In this document: positions 58,291 through 64,000 of the stretch, piece after piece
Numbering within the stretch: position 1 is the first letter of the stretch
Layout: each line of letters begins with the position of its first letter
NCBI RefSeq assembly: GCF_009914755.1
Contig: NC_060931.1
Source: the human T2T-CHM13v2.0 reference genome, Homo sapiens
DNA: 64,000 nucleotides
Reading direction: 5' to 3' (one strand)
Made by a program: the position numbers and the translations under genes
Notes under the pieces: model-generated
Database searches by the model: none
What the model was told of the DNA's origin: nothing
What the model saw: only the letters and a program-made list of their open reading frames with translations

Positions 58291-59643
58291 ATTTAAGAAA
58301 ATTTTAAAGAGCCATTGCCACACCCTCTTTTCTCCAAAAGAGTGCCTATGAGCAAAAGAGCCTTAAGTATAATTGTCATTTTATAAGTCTTAATAAGGCA
58401 TTTTTTTCTTATACCTGCCAGAAGTTAATATCCAGTGTGAATGAGTAACAAATCACTTTGCAAGTCGGATGGCTCCCAAATTTTAGCTATTGACAAATTT
58501 GAAAGATAATCTAATCAGGTATCATTCAAGGATCATCAAAGGATCATTCAAGATAATTTTTGAGGACAGGTCTCTATGTGATTTTTGGCATGTTAGATCC
58601 TGAGAACTTGAGGAATTAAAAAGCACTGCTATAAGAGAACTTTTATCCTTATATACTATCTATGTAAAGTGTTTCCTGGGGGCTTACTTCAATAAAAATG
58701 AAGAGTCACATAATTAATGTTGAACCTTTTCTTATCAGTAAATCACGTTCAAACACAATGGATACATGAAATTTTTTAATTGTCTTTCATCTTATTAATG
58801 TCTTTTCAAGAAAAATTTACTTTCCATGTTTAACAATTATGTCAATAGTTGTAATATATTTATACTGTTTTGATTTATTTTGTAATTTTTATGAGAACTC
58901 ATCCCAGAAAAATATTCTTCTACTTACAGTTTTATAATCACATCAAATAAAAAATATAACTTAGATATTTTAATTTTATAACATATTTTACTTAAAGTCC
59001 GTATTAAAGACTTTCAAGCATAAAATATGAATTGAATAGAATAAAATTTTACATGGGGACTGACCTGGAAATGTGAAATCAAGAAAATATAAACTTTCTT
59101 ACTGATACAGAAGAGTCTTTCCATGTAATTTTTAATAGGTGATAGTAAAGATCCAACTTTTATTAGATACATTTAAAATGTCAATATTTATAAGATGTCA
59201 TGAATTACATTCTCTTGAGTATTTGAAACTATGAAGAAACTTTATAGATGCCAACTGTGCAATGTGAGGGCACAGGTAGTTTTCAGAAATCCTTTCAAAG
59301 GCTCCGTGAACAGAGCGTAGGCTCAGAGTTTAGCAGCTGAGAGCTATAGGGTTGGAAAACAGGACTGAGTAGCTCCAAAACCACCAGGCTACTCCTTATG
59401 ATGGTAGTTTCGGGAAGCATGAATTCAATTACCCTAATGAAGGCTTCTCCTGATCACACTGACTGGCAAATAGAAAAGTAGAAACTAAAATATTCCACGT
59501 ATTCCAAAAGTAGCATGGGCAACTAAAAAAGAATCAATAGGCGGCTTTCGACTCTATCTAGACTACAAAAAACAAATCACCAAACTAAACCAGTCTGTGA
59601 TTTCACTATCTGGAAGGTCGCGCAAAGCAAGAAGTTCCAAGCA

Positions 59644-59673
59644 ATTAGCGGAAGCACCTGCTGGGGCATTAGT
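59644..59673 (-). promoter_or_regulatory. Bipartite Quaking response element downstream of the cassette exon
   Basis: Sense RNA gugag-UACUAAU-N20-UAAU fits NACUAAY-N(1-20)-UAAY. Confidence 0.5.
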
Positions 59674-59679
59674 ACTCAC

Positions 59680-59754
59680 GTTCAAACCCCTTCCTGGGGC
59701 AGCCCTGGAGGTGTCCTCATCGCTGTCTGCACCCGACAGCACGAGCTGCTCAGC
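59680..59754 (-). CDS. COBL: COBL alternative cassette exon (75 nt, 25 aa AEQLVLSGADSDEDTSRAAPGRGLN, phase 0/0)
   Basis: cttgtgttccag|GCT GAG...TTG AAC|gtgagt; frame-preserving and joins in frame to the 23579 acceptor. Resembles the segment I recall in mouse Cobl (AEHLGLSGADSDED...GDLN) just before GC(V/L)TTPNSP. Confidence 0.9.
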
Positions 59755-59979
59755 CTGGAACACAAGCACCAGGCCACATCATCTCCAGGTGAAAGTTCAG
59801 ACAGAAAACATAGTCCTTAGCGATCATTAAGGCAAAAATGCCAGTGTGGCCACAAGGCAGCAAACCCTTCACTTAATAGGTGTAATCTTTACCACTTCTG
59901 CCAGTTTATGAACAGACCTGAACCAAAGTGCTCCCTGATTCGGAAATCACAATTTTGAAATCCACACTCATAGGAATGA

Positions 59980-60334
<355 letters not shown>

Positions 60335-60399
60335 TAGTGGGCCTGAAGTGATGGAGTTAGGTCAGCAAGCAAATTAATTAGGTTTTGAGGACTTCAAAG

Positions 60400-60706
60400 T
60401 TTTTTGTTTTTTGTTTTTTGTTTTGAGCAGAGTCTCACTCTGTTGCCCAGGTTGGAGTGCAGTGGTGCTATCTTGGCTCACTGCAACCTCTACCTCCCAG
60501 GTTCAAGCATTCTCCTGCCTCAGCCTCCCGAGTAGCTGGGACTACAGGCACATGCCACCACACCAGGATAAATTTTTTTGTATTTTAGTAGAGGCAGGGT
60601 TTCACCTTGTTGCCCAGGCTGTTCTCAAACCCCTGAGCTCAGGCAATCTGCCCACCTCAGCCTCCAAAAGTGCTAGGATTACAGGTGTTGGCCACCGCTC
60701 CTGGCC
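60400..60706 (-). mobile_element. Alu (J-like)
   Basis: cccctgagctcaggcaatctgccc; TSD aggacttca. Confidence 0.93.
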
Positions 60707-61369
60707 CAAGGACTTCAGTTTTAATCACTGCCCAGCTAATTCATTGGGTGTACACAGAAAAATTTCACCAAATATCTCACTCCATATGATCCAGAAAAGA
60801 AAAATGGTAATATTTCTTTCTATTGTACCAAAATCATCTGGTGCAATTGGAAAATTCAATTTCTAGACCCCAACCTGGCCTCTCAAATGAGAATATTTGG
60901 GTACATGACCCAACAATCCAATGTTTAAACTAGGTCTCAAGGTGATTCTTAGGTACTTTTGAGAACTGCTGTGTTAGGAGAATAAATAATGTCAAGATGA
61001 TATAAAACTATAATGCTTTTAAAACTTTAAAACACAAAAGCTTTAAAACAAAAAAGATATTTGCTATCCTTTATTTTAGCCAGTATCATATTCCTTTAAG
61101 TATATTTCCTATTAATATTTTATACACACATTCACACACATATGACACATACACATATACACACATACCTATAATTTTTTTTCCTTTAAGGTGATGTAGT
61201 AAAGAGTCACCTTAAGTTTTAAATGCCTCAATAATTCTCCATTCTTAGCATCTGTTCACTGAGACCTCTGCAGACTGACATCACAGGATTTTACAAATTA
61301 TTTTAAAAAATTATTTGTTTCCAATCCTTTTTCTTGATAAAGAAATTGATACCACACCATACAATGTAA

Positions 61370-61570
61370 ACCAGTGATTAATGGCAAGGACTTTGGAAAG
61401 ACAGGCTTGGGTTTGAATTCTGGTGTTTATGAATTCCGGCATTTACCCGCACTATGCTCGGCTTGGAGCTGCTCAGCCTAAGTTTCTTCCCTGCAAAATG
61501 GAGCTGATAATGCCTCTCTCACCAGGTTTCTAGATAAACTAAATGAGGCTGCATTTAGCACGGTACCTCA
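61370..61570 (+). mobile_element. MIR
   Basis: ggactttggaaagacaggcttgggtttgaattctgg...agtttcttccctgcaaaatggag. Confidence 0.6.
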
Positions 61571-61699
61571 AACCATAAAAATCAAGAGAAACAAGAAGCT
61601 AAAATTTAACACAAAACAATAACAAATTATCCAATAAAGATAAGACTGAAGAAGGGATGTCTAGAGAAAAATATAGTAAAATAAATGAGAAGGAAAGTG

Positions 61700-62125
61700 A
61701 TAAATGAAAGATAAGGTATAGAGAAATGAAAAATAAGAGGCAGTGAAATGCACATCAGTCATGTCTCACTCTACCCTTGAACCAAATGGTGACTTCTTGA
61801 GGCCATCTGCTATGTGGGCTCCAGTCTAACTGATGCCAAGGAGCCATAAAATGCCACACACTGGACACCATAACTCCTACCCTATAGCCCAACAAGGGAT
61901 AGCCAATCACTAACCAATGTCATCTCTGTAAACCAGTGACAATTCCTGTGGAACAACTTTGTATCAGCCCACTCCTTGTCCCCCTTTGCCTTTAAAAACC
62001 TTCTTATAACCATGGCTGAATCTCTCCAAGGCAACCTGAAAGTGTGTCCTAGGCAGTGAGGCTCACCTTTTGCCCAACAAACTCTCTACATTAATCTTGC
62101 CTCAGTTTCTTTTTTTAGGCCGACA
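61700..62125 (+). mobile_element. ERV1 (MER4-group) 5' LTR; left boundary approximate
   Basis: agccaatcactaaccaat, gcctttaaaaacc, ending gcctcagtttcttttttaggccgaca and followed by a PBS-like sequence. Confidence 0.7.
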
Positions 62126-64000
62126 TATCTGGTCTAAGTCGGCAGCATTCAGAGTGCTCCTCACAACAGCACCCAGCGTTTTCTCTCAGACCCAGCTCTT
62201 GGTACCAGCAACATATTGGGTCCCCAGCTCCAGAGGATCCCGGGGTGCAAAGGGTGAGACCTCCTGAATCCGGACCACCCTATGATTTTCACCTGGGCTG
62301 CCCTTTCCACTGCTCCCTTTCTGGAATGGAGGTTCTATCTTTGCCTTGCAGGCAAGTGATTCAGGCATCAGTGATTAAAGAGGAAAACTACCTTTTCCAC
62401 CTTGGAGCAGGTAGGTCAAGGTATTGGCAGTTTTGCACTGCTGATATCACTTTACATAGCACGCTTTTAAAACTGCAGCTGCTTTCTACTGTTTATAATT
62501 TGGACTTTAAAAAATTTGTGACCAATTCCTATTAGTTTTATACCAAAAGGTGCATGAACGTGAGTTCTCTCACCCCCATATTAAGAGATTTGAGAATTTT
62601 TTTAGAGACCGCTCCTTAAACCCCCAGAAAAACTCTTTAAATGCCTAAACTGCCTGCAGACCTTTCTCAGTCCCTTGGAGATGTAAATCTTACCATGTCT
62701 TGGAAATGTTAACATGCATTGTATTAGCTAAGCAGCATTCCAGCTGAGAACAGGTTTGATACATCGTTAATGTTCTTGGGACATACCACAACATTTATTT
62801 CCTCAGTGGGTATCTCTTGCTCAGGAAAGAAACATTTATAAGAAATTAATTTGAATTATTTGTCTCGGATACTCATTTATAATCCTATCTACTGAAGGAA
62901 ACCAAAATATTCCTCTCCTAAGTACTGGTGATTGGTAGCTGAAGAAGGTTAACATCCAGGGAGACACTGCCCCTTCCTCTGGCTTGCCTGATGGCAGAGA
63001 GGCAATTTAGAAAGACAAAGGTTTTCCTGCCTGCCATTCTCACCTAAAGATAGGCTCCATTATAAGACTTGCTTATGGGCTCAGAGACAGCAGTGCCAGG
63101 GAATCTAGGTGCAGTCTTTATTCATCCCATAAATTTACCTTCCCACGTTTTCCTGCCTTTTGGCACTACCCCCACGGGCAGCTTTTGTTTTCCTGTCTTT
63201 CCCACTGTCTCTTTAAATCCTCAGTCTGGACCTTGTATACAGACGGTCAGCTGAGAAGCTGAGACCCTAGGGAATACGCTAGACAGGACAGATGGGGCTT
63301 GTACCCCATTTGCAGCTAGCAAAACCTTCCTTATTTTGAAGTTTTTCTGGTGGCTCTGGGTCTTGTGAGGACTGTGTTGCACCTCTTTGGAGATACTTGG
63401 CAAGTCTCTGGTTAAATCATAACCTTGGTTAAGTCGTGTTAGTTTTGGTGAGTCACTTGGAAAGGTACCTTTGGTTTAAAAGAGGAAAAAATTAAAAAAT
63501 ACAAAAGCAAGGATATTGGCTGATTTGTCCTGGCTAAAATCTGATAAGAGACTGAAAAGATTCAGGAGCTCTCTAGTCAAAAGGTAACTTAATGAATAAC
63601 TGATATTTGGGATATATATGTATACACACACAGACACACACACACACACACACATATATGCACCCATATTTTTTGAGTCCTCTGTTCTCTCTATAAAAGT
63701 TTCTCAGTTGATTGAATCTCTTTCTTCTTAAACCCCTGCTAACCAAATATACTCCCTTGGTCTGCTTCCCTTTTGAGGACATGATTTTTGCCAAAGATAA
63801 TGTAAAATTCATTGGTATTTACAAAAGCTTAAATTCTCTCTCTGCTTTGAAATGTAAATTTGCTACCTTGTTAAATTTTGTGAGGGCTTTAGGCATATGA
63901 GACAGATAAACTTTAACTTGTTCCATTTACAAAGGCACAGTTTGAATCCAAATGTCCTTTTGAACTAGTGAATTTCACCTGACTCGTGGCTAAAATCTTA
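62126..64000 (+). mobile_element. ERV1 internal region (decayed, MER4-group-like), runs off the window
   Basis: PBS-like tggtctaagtcggcagcattc at 62130-62150; AT-rich internal-type sequence (ggaaaggtacctttggttt, gtcctggctaaaatctgataagag); no ORF. Confidence 0.7.

Noticed and set aside
58520-58553. Triple (g)atcattcaag-like repeat
   Set aside because: Short slippage repeat with no spacers; not CRISPR-like and no evident function.
59563-59769. 68-aa ORF
   Set aside because: Only 59680-59754 lies between splice sites; the rest is intron.
62130-62150. tRNA-like sequence
   Set aside because: Only a PBS-length complement; no tRNA body.

Overview
Primate (very likely human) genomic DNA lying entirely within the COBL (cordon-bleu WH2 repeat protein) gene, which runs on the minus strand. 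Only two coding exons are supportable. The first is a 174-nt phase-0 exon at 23406-23579 (GCLTTPNSP...KKRRAPPPP...DKASEK, containing a KRAP motif). The second is a 75-nt phase-0 cassette exon at 59680-59754 (AEQLVLSGADSDEDTSRAAPGRGLN). The rest is intron dominated by Alu, L1, L2/MIR, MaLR and ERV1 LTRs, hAT MITEs and microsatellites; subfamily names are by recognition from memory, not by search. I found no prokaryotic-type system, RNA gene or intact transposon ORF, and I cannot demonstrate a new biological system. The best leads are regulatory hypotheses: (1) a gene-sense LTR10-type solo LTR carrying a p53-type response element, CCAAT, TATA and a consensus 5' splice donor, 11 kb upstream of the 174-nt exon; (2) a bipartite QKI element immediately after the 75-nt cassette exon; (3) a strong-donor candidate exon bracketed by two (TG)10 tracts; (4) a small intronic CpG-dense core next to a G-rich tandem repeat.
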